In this document: piece after piece, positions 1 through 13,769 of the stretch
Numbering within the stretch: the first letter of the stretch is position 1
Layout of the letters: each line of letters starts with the position of its first letter
Source of the DNA: Narcine bancroftii
Lineage: Eukaryota
Assembly: GCF_036971445.1 (NCBI RefSeq)
Contig: NC_091480.1
Coordinates: forward strand, 85,684,001-85,748,000
Length of the DNA: 64,000 nucleotides
Direction: 5' to 3'
Notes under the pieces: model-generated
Told to the model about the DNA's origin: nothing
What the model saw: only the letters and a program-made list of their open reading frames with translations
The model's database searches: none
Made by a program: the position numbers and the translations under genes

Positions 1-469
1 CATGAATTTTGAGCAGACAAATAGCAGAGATTTTGATAGCATCTGCAATGCAGGTTTAGGTCATGCGAGATTCAGATGAAGCCTGTGATGTTGAAGTATG
101 TGAACAATTGACAATATGAAAGGCATCTTATTGCTAGTCTTCAATACACAGACTTTCCAGACATAGAAATAATTACAACATCTTGCAAATACATATCAGT
201 TAAATATGGCAAGGACCAAGCAGTTTTCCAATTTTCTTCAACAGTTCTGCAATGTGTCCTGTCTACCTTTCCAACTTCATTTTACAATTCTCTCTGCTGG
301 AAACAAAGCTTTCTCAAAAATTGACAAAGTAACATATTGAGGCATTGTTGGATTTTCTCTATAGAAGGAGCTTTATCATAAGGGATTAGCTTCTCCAGCA
401 AATTTGTTAATATCACATTTTATAAAGCATCAAAATGGGAGCTGATGAGAAGTAATATGAAATAAGAAT

Positions 470-664
470 ACAGTAAAAAAAAACCCAGTAGCCGCCACCT
501 ATGGAGGCTAAGTGTATTTGCTGGTGGCTTGAGATTGCGTGATGCATAATTGGTGAACTAACCACAAGGGGGCGCCAATTTTAAACTTTCATTTTTTTAA
601 CCTATTTATTTTCTGCAATTTCTTTGCCGGTTGCTTGAATTCCAGATAATGGGGATTTTACCGT
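470..664. mobile_element. Tc1/mariner (Tigger/pogo-like) MITE
   Basis: TA|CAGTAAAA...TTTTACCG|TA; related copies near 34696-34905 and 56925-57109. Confidence 0.55.
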
Positions 665-2012
665 ATAACAAGATCTGGTTTGGATACATTTGTTCATAGC
701 TGGTGTAGCAGTTAGTGCCACGTCTTTATAGCACCAGCGCTCAGGACAGGGTTCAAATCCTGCACTATCTTTAAGGAGTTGGTCTGTTCTCCCTGTGTCT
801 ATGAGGGTTTTGGTTTCCTCCCACTGTTCGAAACGTAACCAGGTTTGTAGGTTGATTGGGTGTAAACTGGGCGGCACAGATCTGTAGGCCAAAATGGCCT
901 GTTACTGTGCTGTATGTCTAAATTTAAAACATTTAAATCACTCTAGTGGTATTGGGCTCAATTATTTCAGCTCAAGGACACCAAACCCACTAGCAAGATG
1001 TGAACAAGAGAATTAACTGCCTGTACTTTAATGATTACATGAATGCTTTTATTACAATGCACATGTACCTAGGTACATGTAAGAATGCATCACTTAAAGA
1101 GCATAGAAAGAAAACATCCAAAAGAGTTGGTCAAAATATTAATGAGAGTTTTTACTTTCTTAGAATTGAAGACAAGTGTAGTTTAAACAGAAAATGCTGG
1201 AAATGTTAAGCAGATTGGGCAGATTCTTTGGAAAAAATAAACATACATCTGAGACCCTTCAGATTTTTAAAATTTGCAATGATAGGCAAATGTATTTACT
1301 ATATCTCTTGATTCCATGTAAAAGTGTATGAAGAACCAAATTTCTATCCATGGTTAAAAAAAAATCCAAATTAGAGTGGCTGGGAAACCCTTATCGTCTG
1401 ATGCAGAATCAATGGAGAGCTTGATACTTTGTGGCACAATGTGCTGACCTGTCAATAACTCTGAACACTGCAGCCTTTAGGTGAGGTGAAAGACAGAGAG
1501 AGAGAGCTCCATTTAAAAAGCACCCTTCACATCCTTTGCAGGGTGCTTTATGGCCAATGAAGCACTCCCAAAGAGTAGCCACTTTGTAACATGGGGAAGT
1601 TCGTCGACATCTAATACTCAGATGGTAACTGCATCAAGCCCAAGTAAATGAGCTAACAGCAAATCTTAAGCATTAAAATGCTCTTAAAGGGTATTTCTAA
1701 CTGATTCACCTCATTAGCTGCAACCTGTTGCAATAACTGAGCAAAATAAACCAAGAAGTCTTCCTACATTACAATCCAAAGTTCCAATTGCATCAAGAGA
1801 GCTATGAAGTTTGGAGAAATGTTATAGATCAGGTTGGGCCTGCTGATGTCTTTCTCTTTTTCTAAATTCCTATGAACAAAGTCAATCCCACTGAAGAAAT
1901 TATTGAAAAAAGTAAACTCCGTCCAAGCCCTAAATTCAACACAGAACATTTGCTACATTGAAACTTTGGGCATCTATTAATCCCAATCAGGCACTGGCTA
2001 CTTCCAAAATGG

Positions 2013-2264
<252 letters not shown>

Positions 2265-2314
2265 TCAACAAAATAATCAGCTTCCAGTCAGCAGCTAAAA
2301 TTGTAACCGCTCAT

Positions 2315-2554
2315 TGTGATAGTACAGATCTATCACCAATGTATATAGTATATATAGTTACAGTAACTAGACTGTGCTTACAGCGATTGGCTGAGAGCTA
2401 AGCCACGCCTACTGTCTGGGCCTTAAAGGGTTGTGTCCCTAGACAGGTTGGATCATTCCGGACTGGTCGGCCACCTGTGAAGAGCTCCTGTCTTTTGCTA
2501 ATAAAAGCCTTGGTTTGGATCAACAAGTCTTTGATTCTTTCGACGAGCTCTACG
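2315..2554 (+). mobile_element. Solo LTR, family A
   Basis: TGTGATAG...CTACG (terminal CA mutated to CG); 240 bp; TSD CTCAT on both sides; internal ATTGG and AATAAA; homologous to 21688-21927 and 63506-63736. Confidence 0.85.
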
Positions 2555-2827
2555 CTCATCTCCTCCTGCACATTTTTACTTGTTTTTTGATGCCCATCAT
2601 CTTCACTCTTACCCATTTCAATAGACTATGCCCTTCTTATTTTTGCAACGTTAACAAAATGTTAATCAGACGCAGGCCAAAGGTACGTGTGAGAAGCTCC
2701 GCTTGCGTGTCTGGAGAGCTTGGAGGATGTTTATTAGTGTGGGATCCTGCACCATTTTACAACTTACCTTTGAATAAAAGACCTGATTCTGAAATAATTA
2801 AAGAAGATAATGTGGGTTAGTTCAGTG

Positions 2828-3201
2828 CAGCGGTTTACAAACTTTTTTTTTCATTCACATACCTCCTTAAGTAATCCCTTACAAATCACAGAGCACCTGT
2901 GGCATAGGGATTACTTATGGTAGTATGTGAGTGGGAAGGGAAGGTTAAGAACCACTGCTCTAGGCCCAATTGTTACTGAAATATTTTGCTTGAGAAAAAT
3001 TGTCATTGGCCCATTTCCTTTGGAGTTATGAAACCGTGCACATAATGAGTCAATGAGGTACGATTACAACAGTGGTTTACAAACATTTTCTTTCCACTCA
3101 CATACCACCTTAAGCAATCCCTTACTAATCACAGAGCACTTATACCATAGAGATTACTTAAAGTGGTATGTGAGTGAAAAGGAAAAGTTTGAAGACGACC
3201 G
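2828..3201. mobile_element. Composite hAT-like MITE: two ~130-bp palindromic units flanking a ~110-bp core
   Basis: CAG(C/T)GGTT...AACCACTG TIR-like ends on each unit; same architecture recurs at 29347-29716. Confidence 0.75.
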
Positions 3202-6200
3202 GCTTATCAGTTAGCGCAACTCTGTTACAGCGTCAGCGACTGGGGTTTGAATCCAGTGCTGTCTGTAAGGAGTTTGTATGGACTCCCCATATCTGAGGGG
3301 ATTTCCTCCCCCTGCTCCGGTTTCCTCCCACCTTTCAAAAATGTACTGGGGTGCAGGTCAATTGGGTGTCATTGGGCAGCATGGGCTAGTGGGCCAAAAG
3401 GACCTTTTATTATGCTGCATGTCTGTATGTATATCTCCCATTACCAAGCAATAGATGTTATTTTGGTATTTATAGTGTTCAAAGGGTAAACAAAGTAAGC
3501 ACAACATTTATCAATGCAAAAAGAAACAGTGTATTTCTAATTCATTCTCAGGATCTGAATATTGCTGGCAAGATCATGATTTATTTCCCATTCCTAATTG
3601 CCCTTGAGAAAGTAGATATAAGCAGCTTTCTCGAACTGCTGAAGTTCCTGATGTGGTATTCCCACGGTGCTGGTGGCCAGACAGTATCACCATTTGAACA
3701 CATTGAAGACGAAGGACCCGCACTATTTCCAAGCTTTGAAAGGAACCCACAAGATAGCAAAGACTACGGGAGCCTGCTCCCCTTGTCTTTCTTGGAAGTC
3801 ATGGGCCTTGACGTGGCTGTTTAGGCTGAGAAACTGCAGTGCATTTTGAAGACAGTATATTGGATAGCCATTATATGGCAGAAATCGAGAGAATGACTAT
3901 TTAGTGTTAACGTTCTTGAGGGCTGTTAGCACTGCACTCATCCGGGCAAGTGGGAAATACTCCATCACAAGAGCCTTGTGCCTGCCAGATGGCGGAAAGT
4001 CTTATGATGTCAGGAAGCATATCACTCTCCACAAGAAGTCCGGCCTCTGATCACAGCCATTATTTTGCTGGCTCTGTTAATTTTCCAATCGGAACTCGAC
4101 ACTGATAACACTATGGAACTTCAAGGGTCGGCAGTTAGTCATTGATCAATAACTCCCTATTTATTGGTAGATCTGAGCTACCTATTAAATGAATCTAGAC
4201 TGACATTTGGCCCCAGTCTTTTCAATTTCAATCACTTTTTATTTTGCTTAATGTTAAAAAACTCTCACTGCTCCAAAACCACTTAAAAGTTTAAACATCT
4301 GCAACTTGACATGTTTTACATGAACACAAGTGACTTTGGACCAATTACACCCTAATTGAGACCAGAGTCATTAATCTCACCATCAGGAGCACATTTACTT
4401 GTGAGATTACTTCTTCAACAATGACAAAGAAATATCACGGTCAAGACCAATTGATAGTCAAGATACCCGTATTGCATTAGTTTGTTGATCATACTTGAAA
4501 CAATGTAGATTTTGCTGGTAAAAATTTAACAGTCATGAAAACAAGTTGATAATATTTCTCCAGGTCTCAGCATCTGTCGTCTCTTCTATCTCTTCTAAAA
4601 TATTTCTTGTGATCGCTCTCCATTTAATCTGTGGATCTACATGTACTCTCTCTCTCTCGGTCCAACTTGAATTGCCCCACCTTTTCCCTAATTTCCAGGC
4701 TCAGAGTTTGCAAAACGGAATCTATGAAGCACAAGGAGAAACATGGCATTTAAAATGGGGAGCTCTTAATCCATTAGGTTGGAAGTGCCCACGTGCATGG
4801 TGTCTATTTTACCATCTTACTCATCGGTCCAAAATTCACAGCACTGACTTCTGATACATTCAATGAATGAAAAGCATTGAAACAACTGAACCAGCATTCA
4901 ACTTTACAAAATGCAAAACTTATCAAAAAAGCGACAAATAAACTGCAAATGGTGGAAGTCCGAAATTAAAGCAGAAAATTCTGGGCTCAGCTCAGCAAGC
5001 CATGAAGTTTTTGCGGAGATTCTCTCGTTGAGTTAGTGTTTTAGGTCCAAGACCTTTCATTATGATAAGCATCTCCAGCATATTCTGTTTTCACTTGTGC
5101 CCTTATCAGAATCTGGATGGCTACGGATTATTATTCCTTTGGTTCATTATTTCTTAACAAAAATAACTCATGGCTCTAAAACCTGTTTTAAAAAAAACCA
5201 TACTTCATCCTAGAAATTAAAATGATTTCTTGTGTAAAAACGCTTCTTGATAGGTCTCGACATCTCTGATTTCTTAACCAACGTTGAGCAGTGCCTCTCC
5301 CAAATATTATCTGTATTTTAGAAATGGATTTGATCAAAGTCCTCTCATCACAGAAAGAGAGGAAAGATGGTTCCTTGCATTTTCCAGAGGAAATGATCAA
5401 CAGGTCATCAGAAAGTGTAGATCATTACAAGGTCATAGTTCAGAATTAAATAGCTATCATCAATCTCCATTATCATCTAAGGGTATTTCTTATAAATTGC
5501 TGGTGACCTGTACCTTTTTGATTCCTTATTTCCCTTTCTCTATTATCCAATTATTCTTCTTACATCCCCATAAATTACAAACCATTCCATGAGTGGAATT
5601 CAATCAGCTTGGAGCCAATTCTTAACACAGAGGAATATTGCTTCAGTGTCACCATGTTGTTTTAGATTTGGTGTAATTCAGTTCAATGCCTCATTTAATT
5701 TTGCTCCACGTTGCCAAGTATTAATAGGTTACTTGGACAGGAAGTTGAAAGAAACTTGGTACATCTAAGATGGGAGCTTAATTTCCTTCCAATTCAGATC
5801 CAGTTACCATAAATGAAGAACTTTGATTTCATTCAACACCATGACTGCTCTTGAACTGAGTTGTTCACTTGGCTATATAAGAGGTCACCACAGAATTAAC
5901 CAATGCTGGACAGTGATGTAATTTTTCATAGTACAGCACGGTAACAGGCCCTTTTGGCCCATGAGCCTGTGCCGCCCAATTTCCCTACAACTCCAGTACA
6001 TTTTTTGAAACCGGAGCAGCCGGAGGAAACCCACGGGGAGAACATACAAACTCCTTGCAGACAACGCAGGATCCGAATCATGGTCACTGGGGCTGCAACA
6101 GCTTCACTAACCATGCCGCCCTCTACAAAACCTGATGAGTTTTAAATTATACTTTTTTATTACTCCACTATTTATTTAATTAACTGAATTTAATCTCCCC

Positions 6201-6406
6201 TTGCCATCAAGATGAAATTTGAACATTGATAAGGTATTTCGGAGCCAATGCATTGTACCTTTAATTCTCAATCATTTGGTGGATTCTCCAATAATCCCAG
6301 ATAGTATTACCATTGGGTTAAATGCAAGGCTACGGGGCAATGGAGTAAAATCAGATAGTCTGCAGATGCTGTGGTTAAGTTCGATACATAGCATTATCTA
6401 CTGCTA

Positions 6407-6817
<411 letters not shown>

Positions 6818-7946
6818 TCATCGATCTGAACCAGCAGTTATGTTTTCTTCTGCACAGACGCTGCCAGACAGGCAGAGAATTCCTTACGTCTTCTGGTTTT
6901 GTTTTACATGTCTAGCAACTGCACCGCATTACCTTTGAAAGTTAAAATAATTTCCCCAGGTCTGAGTTTGCAACTAAACCCTTGAATCGCGTTTAGATTT
7001 GGCAGAGTTTCAATTAGAAATAAAAAGCAAAATAATGGCAAATATTGGGTAACTAGATGCAAAGTAGACAATTCTGGAAATATTTTTTTAAACTTAAAAA
7101 AAAAAGTTTAGATATACAGCACAGTAACTGGCCCTTTCGGCCCAATTACACCCAATTGACCTCCAACTCCCGCAGGTTTTGAACAGAGGAAAACCAGGAA
7201 ACCCAGCAAGCATACAAACTCTTTACAGACAGCGCTGGACTGGAACCCCAGCCACTGGCACTGTAACAGTGTTGCACTAGCCACTACGGTCACCATGCTA
7301 ACCGTGCTTCCCCATGCTAACCATGCAGCAGTTCAGGCACCATCTGTGGAAAGTAAAATAGAGTAAACCTTCACTCCAACCTTAATAATATTGATCTTTC
7401 ATATCAGAGGGAAGCAGAGACAGAGAGCTTGCAAAACCTGCTCCTGCATTAATATTCTCCACACAGGTGACTTGAATTTTTACTGTCTAATAGCAACGAG
7501 ATTCAAATTTTTCTAACCTAACGATCAAAAGTAGAGGCAATGACGAATAGCAGGCGCAGTGACAATACATGTCAAATTCTAAACAAAAACCCACTCTCTG
7601 AACCAGCAGCAAAGTACACCCAGAAGAGACAGATCACAAAAGCTCTGCTGCTTTCAAATTTTTGACATTTTCATCCAGAATAAGATTTTCACTGTAATGG
7701 ATAAAAAAAAAATTCCTGCTTGTAATTACAATGTTTAAAATAAATTAAAACTGCTACATGGATTGGTAAGATTTCATAGAAGGGTCAAATACAGACAAAT
7801 GGGACTAACTCACGTAGGTAACTTGGCCAGTATGGATAAGATGGGCTGAAGGGCCTGCTTCTTTGCTGTGTTACTCTATCAGATGGAAAAAAAAACATAA
7901 CTACCATAGGAATGTATTTCCACTCTTTCGTAACCGTGGATTCTTT

Positions 7947-8200
7947 GGACGGCACAATTAGCGTGGAGGTTAGCGCAATGCTGTTATAGCACCAGTGACC
8001 AGAGTTCAAATCCGGTGCTATTTGTAAGGAGTTTGCATGTTCTCCACGTGCCGGCATGGGTTTCTTTTGGGTGCTCTGGTTTCCAACCACCATTCAAAAC
8101 ACCCCGGGGGTTGTGGATCAATTGGGTGTAATTGGGCGGCACGGGCTCATGGGCCGAAAGGGCCTGTTACCGTGCTGTATGTCTAAATTTATTAAATTTA
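7947..8200 (+). mobile_element. tRNA-derived SINE (HE1-like); other copies near 701-930, 3205-3430, 5925-6122, 7105-7300, 21525-21975, 30405-30608, 35965-36290, 50050-50275, 57808-58040, 58730-58915
   Basis: A-box-like GGTTAGCGC and B-box GTTCAAATCC head; conserved body GGAGTTTG...GGTTTCCTCCCAC; tail GGGCCTGTTACCGTGCTGTATGTCTAAATT. Confidence 0.8.
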
Positions 8201-9410
8201 AAGGACCTGAGTCTTTCTGGCCCATCCCTAATTGGCCTTGAAAAGGTGGTGGTGAATCATTAAAGTCCTTCACAGTATTTCTGTAAGGTTCTAAACCGAG
8301 TAATGACAAGGGAATGTCACTAATTCCTGGTCCACACAGTGTACAATTTAAGGGAAACCTCATCTTCCTGAACCCTTGAGGTTGGGGGGGTTGCGGGAGT
8401 ACTTTTGGACCTGCTGTTAATGTAGCCTGGGTGAATCACTGCAATGGGTCCTGTACACTGGCACCCACTGCAGCCACTGTGCTTGAGTGGTGGAGGAAAT
8501 GAATAGTTATGGTGGTAAAGTGGGCTGCTGGGTCCTGGAAACCTATGAGCTTTTTCAGTGGTGTCATCACTGAACTCAACCAGACAAGTGGAAGTCATTC
8601 CTGATGCACGTAGATGGTGGAAAAACACATAGGGGTCAGGAAGTCAGGATACAAAACCCACATGCTCTTTAGCCACAGTACTTGTGTATCTGATCCAGTA
8701 GAGCTATAGATTAATGGTGACCTCTAAAATGTTTATAGTGGGATTTCAACCACAGTAATGCCTCTATTGTTGTGTGTCATCCCTTAACTGTGTGGTCTCT
8801 GTAAGACACTGCAACACAGCAATGCAGTTACTGGAGCTGCAGCCACACAGCTCCTGCTACCAGGATTCAGTCCTGTCACTGGGACATTAGCTGCCATGAA
8901 GGCCAAGGATATCAGGCCCTCAATCTCTCCATCCAAAAGGGACGAAGAACACAGCATGGTTGGAGTAGTGGTTAGCACTACGCTGTTAGAGTGCTACAGA
9001 TCGGGTCTGGGGTTCCAATCCAGGACTGTCTGTAAGGGAAAACACAATTAGATGGGCAAACAGTGTACTTTACATGGCAAAGATAAAGATACATAAGCAA
9101 CATTTTGGGCTTGAGCCCTTCATCAAGGTTACCATCAGGGGTCATCCTGGTGACCTTGTCCATAAAGCAGTCCAGAGCTACAGCCTAGCCTTCCAGGTCT
9201 GTCTTGCAGAGAGACATATTAGCTTATTAAAGCTGTCTTATACTCGCACTACTGGTGTGGTTGTATAGAATGTCATAGTTAAATGTAGACACCATCAACC
9301 CAAAACAGTTGTGTATGTATCTTTATCTTTGCTAAATAAAGGACACTGTTTGACCTGCTGAGTTTCTCCAGCGTTGTGTTTTTACTTCAACCATGGTGTC
9401 TGCAGACTTT

Positions 9411-9763
9411 AGCCGCTTTCAGGTGCTTGGGCGCAGATAATGCGCCGGCAGACGCTGCTGGGGGAGTGTACCTGGGACATTCAGGTGGCCGCAGAGAAGA
9501 CGCCTTTCTGTCACCTGAACGTGCCGGCTGAGGGAGAGCCGCGTCCGAGCGAACGCCGACTCCTGTGGACTGTGGCTGTAATCCCACTGCTGCTTTCAGG
9601 TGCAATGGGAGATTCTCCGAGCTGGAGAATATACCTACAGGAGGAGGGTGAGGTAAATGCTCCTCCTGGCTGGGTTCTCCACTTTCAGGTGGCCACCCGA
9701 CAGCCGCATTGGGGTAGAATAGGTAGCTTTACAGTTGGGTTTTCTGGCCACCTGAAAGCAGCT
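9411..9763. mobile_element. PIF/Harbinger-like MITE
   Basis: TIR AGCCGCTTTCAGGTG / CACCTGAAAGCAGCT; 3-bp TTT flanks; internal repeated TTCAGGTG motifs. Confidence 0.6.
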
Positions 9764-9955
9764 TTTCATGCTTTACTGAGGTCTGTAAAGATTTTGTACA
9801 TGCTCTCTCTCCGTGTCTGCCTGGGTTCCCTCCACTTACTCCGGTTTCCTCCCACCGGTCAAATCATATTGGGGTTGTAGGCCAATTGGGTGTCATTCGG
9901 GCTCTTGGCCAGAAAGGGCTTGTTACCATGCAGTGTGTATAAAGAAGAACAAAGC

Positions 9956-10246
9956 TGTGGTGCACTGTTAGCCAGAATCGAACACACTCAGAGATAAAGA
10001 ATGTACATCAGGCTTTAATCCACAAAGACTTCCACAGAGCCAGGCTGACTGTGGCTGCAGCAACTGAGTGAGGCCTCGGGAGGCCAGAACAGGCTTATAT
10101 CCCGGAGGGTGATTGACAACCGACCAGGTAGGGCTTGATCCCTTCAGGCCGACTGATTGACAGCTGGCCAGGTGTTGTCCTGTCCCCTTACACTCCTGCA
10201 AGTACAGAGGTTGCCCCCTGCAGTAGGCCGGTGGTGGACCACCACA
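9956..10246 (-). mobile_element. Solo LTR, family B
   Basis: TGTGGT...ACCACA inverted termini; TSD AAAGC/AAAGG; ATTAAA on the minus strand. Confidence 0.7.
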
Positions 10247-12569
10247 AAAGGGAAGCAATGCGAGCTCTGGGGATTAAAAGTGTTAATCAACAGCCACTGT
10301 AAGATACTGCAACACAGCAATGCAGTTACTAGAGCTGCAGCCACACAGCTCCTGCTACCAGGATTCAGTCCTGTCACTGGGAGCTGTCTGTGTGGAATTT
10401 GCCTGTTCTCCCTGTGACTCTGCAAGGTCCCACTGTGTGCTTCAGTTACCTCCCACATCCTGGATATTTGCGGATTAGCAGGTTAAAAAGACACTGTAAA
10501 TTTCCCTGTGTCAGTAGAATTATTGTATGCTATGAACACTGTGAGCGGGGGGTGGGGGGAAGAGGTGAGATTGCTCTGTGAACTGGCATAATTCAGTGGG
10601 CCAAAAGGCCTCCTTCTATGTTGCGAGGAAAATACGAAATATGGTCAGTGACTGAGTGGCCAGTTTTACCTTGTCATTTTGGCTTATTGTATGACAGGCA
10701 GCATTCCACTGTTACCAGGGGATCTCGGTCTTATTTCCAAAAGCAGTACAACTAACTTACTTACTTGGGGTGGGGAGGAAAGGAAATTGAAAAATCCTTG
10801 CAAAAAATTTACCCAAAAAAAGGCAATGGATTCCGAAATGGCAGCTGGTTCCTGGAATGTGCGTAATGGCCACATGCCTCTGGTTTTCCTCAGGATATTT
10901 TGCAATGTTCCATGCTGAGTAGCTAGCAATAAGATTTAATTCTTTTATTTTCTTTTAGATGTTTGTTTACCCCCCCCCCAAAGGTTTTTTCTCTTTGCAC
11001 GTTGCCAAAAACTGTCCAAGACTGCAGGAGTCGTGAAAAGTCGGGTGTGTTTAATAGTCTCTCCAGAGACTGCTCAGCAAGTGGACTGCACTCACAGTTG
11101 GCACAGCAAACCTGCAGCTGTCTGCCACTGCAAGCTGACGCGATTTCTATAATTAGTTGTGTGTGTTCCTGGCAGATGTAACATTTTAACTAGGACCATA
11201 TTACTAATATTAAATAATAAATGAATCCTACCGTACTTCAAAGACATACCAATATTGGTCCTAATGCATTTTTAAAATTCACTGCAACTTTCAGCTACAA
11301 TAAATCTCGACAGCAGTAAATAGAATCCTCGTACAAACGTAAATTCATGCTGAAATGATTGTAATCAAGGGAAGAATAAACTATCGGACCTTGAAATAAA
11401 TATTTCAACTTGTGCAAATACTCCCATCTTGGTCCAAAAAAATAGAATGTCAGAAATCCTCAAGAATAATCTTCCTGTTCAAGAGTTTAAAAGTGACTTG
11501 ATAGAGTGACATAGAACAGGCCCTTTGGCCCTCGATGCTGTGCTATCCCATACCATACGTTCCTTTTTAAAAAAAACATATTAAACCCACCCTAGCAGCA
11601 ACTGCAAGGGAAGAACGTTGCCCAAGGATTGATCCTCTTTGCCTCTCTGGCCCAGCCTCTATCTCAACATGCCATAAGAGAATGATTTCTAACCACATAA
11701 AAATATGGGATTAGTGTGAATGGATGGTCAGCACGCACACAATGGACTGAAGGGCCTGTTTCCACACTGCATCCCTCTATCATTCTGCACCTCGATGCCA
11801 GTTTTTGTTGATTTTATCCATGAATGGTTTGGAATAATTTTTTTGTTCCTTACTTCCACTTTAAACGTACATGATGAGAAGGAGGCATTTTGAATATCCA
11901 AGTTGATGGAAGATGCAATGGTGGGGCATGCTTATAAACTAAAGATCCCTTCGGAGAAGAAGCTGTCAGGTGAAGGATTAATGCCTACAACCCCATCATC
12001 CAGCATGTCCCTTCATGCCAATGAAAACCAGTTTCCCACAAGGTGTGAGAAACAAAAGGAAAGTGGATCAGCAATCAACTGAGACCGTTCCAGTAGTGCA
12101 CCGATTAACATCTGCCCCCAGCCCTCACTTTTATTCTCTGATGCTCTGTGTGATATTTAGGGACCCAGAAAAAAAAAAGCAAAAATGGATTTGTATTTAT
12201 GTCTCAAAAAGGTCATTGTATTTGTGATCAAGTAAACATCAAGCTGATGAACGATTCCCTCTTCTTCTAACAAGCAGTCAGTAATTCCTTCCAAACCCAC
12301 ACGTTAAAGGCAGATAGGTTTTCAAGGTTTTCCTATTGCAATGAGAATTGGGTGCCCCAACTACACCTTCTGAACTTAAGCCACAAGTAATTAGCTCAAA
12401 CCAACATATGAACATAGGAGAACATAGGAGAAGCTGACAATTATATTTATGAGGCAAACTAACTCGTTAGTACTTTGTCAGAGGCAAGAACATTCTTAAA
12501 TAAACCTGGTTACTTTGATTTAATTTTCTCCTTAATTAATGATGTAGCAAAATGCAAGGAACATGGTTG

Positions 12570-12984
12570 CCGTATATACTCGTGGAATTGTCAGATATTT
12601 TGGACCACGTTTTCAGGCCAAATAACGGAGGATCGGTTTTTACAAGGGTCAAACGTTTGACCTCGTGAAGTACCTTCCTTGTTCAAGGCATCGGGAGCTT
12701 GGATGGCCAGGACCAGGCGGCAGGTCGGGAGTTCAGATGGGTGGGTGGCATGGCCGGGGTGAGAATCTGCGGGTCGGGAGCCTAGATGGGCAGACAATCA
12801 GGGCAAGGGTCTGCTGCTGGAACGTTGGGAGCTCGGATGGGCGGGCTGTCGGGGCCAAAAATGGGGGAGGGGGGGGTTCGACATTTACACGGGTCGTACA
12901 AAAACACCTGATTTTTGGGCCAAAAAAGGGGGAGGGTGGGGATCGACTATTATACGGTATTGACAATTACACGAGCATATATGG
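12570..12984. mobile_element. Tigger/pogo-like non-autonomous DNA transposon
   Basis: TIR CCGTATATACTCGTG...CACGAGCATATATGG|TA; GC-rich interior. Confidence 0.6.
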
Positions 12985-13769
12985 TAAGTAAAATGAGGGG
13001 ACTAATATGCCGTAAAATTAATGTTTCCAATGAAGAATGAGGACGGCACAATGGTCACTGACCTAAATGTCAGCTTTTCTCCAATGTCACAGATGGTGTG
13101 AAGATACCTATACATAATTTGCAAACACCAGTGTGTTTGGACCTATTTTTAATCTATGAAAGATGACCCAGTGCAATAATTCAGCTGTGAATGCTTACAG
13201 CTAAAATAAATTGCAATCTGCCTTCATGTACTGTACTCTCTCATATGTCCTCTTAGTGTCCTCTGCTGCATGCAAAACTAAACAAGAGATAAACAAGAAG
13301 TCCCTCCTTACAAACGTAAATGACACATGATTTTCCTTCTACTGCTTAAATGAATTATCAAATTATATTATTCAATGGATTATCGACTACAACCAATATT
13401 TGTGGCTAGATTTTCTGCCACTTACAATATTATAGAGCAATCTTAAAAGTAGAGGATGTACTTGTTATGGTTTTGTTTCAAGCAGCTGCTCTGAACCCCA
13501 AGTCAGCACTTTTGAATCATAGATCCGAGTTGAGAGTGAACTGAGAGATAATACTAAAGGAACAATTGAGGAATACAAGAAGACAACGTCTCCATTTGCA
13601 CTCTATAGTCTGTAATCAGATCATAGATGTTTCTTTGCTGTCTAATCATTGATACACACATTGTAAAAATCTAACAATTTCAGCCTCACAGATTTCAACT
13701 GACCCTCCATCTTCAGCATATTTTGGAGAGGAATCAAAATTCTGTTTCTCAGTTGAGATGCTCTAATAA

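Noticed and set aside
7947-8020. tRNA genes at SINE heads
   Set aside because: A/B-box-like heads run into SINE body and tail with no cloverleaf; these are SINEs.
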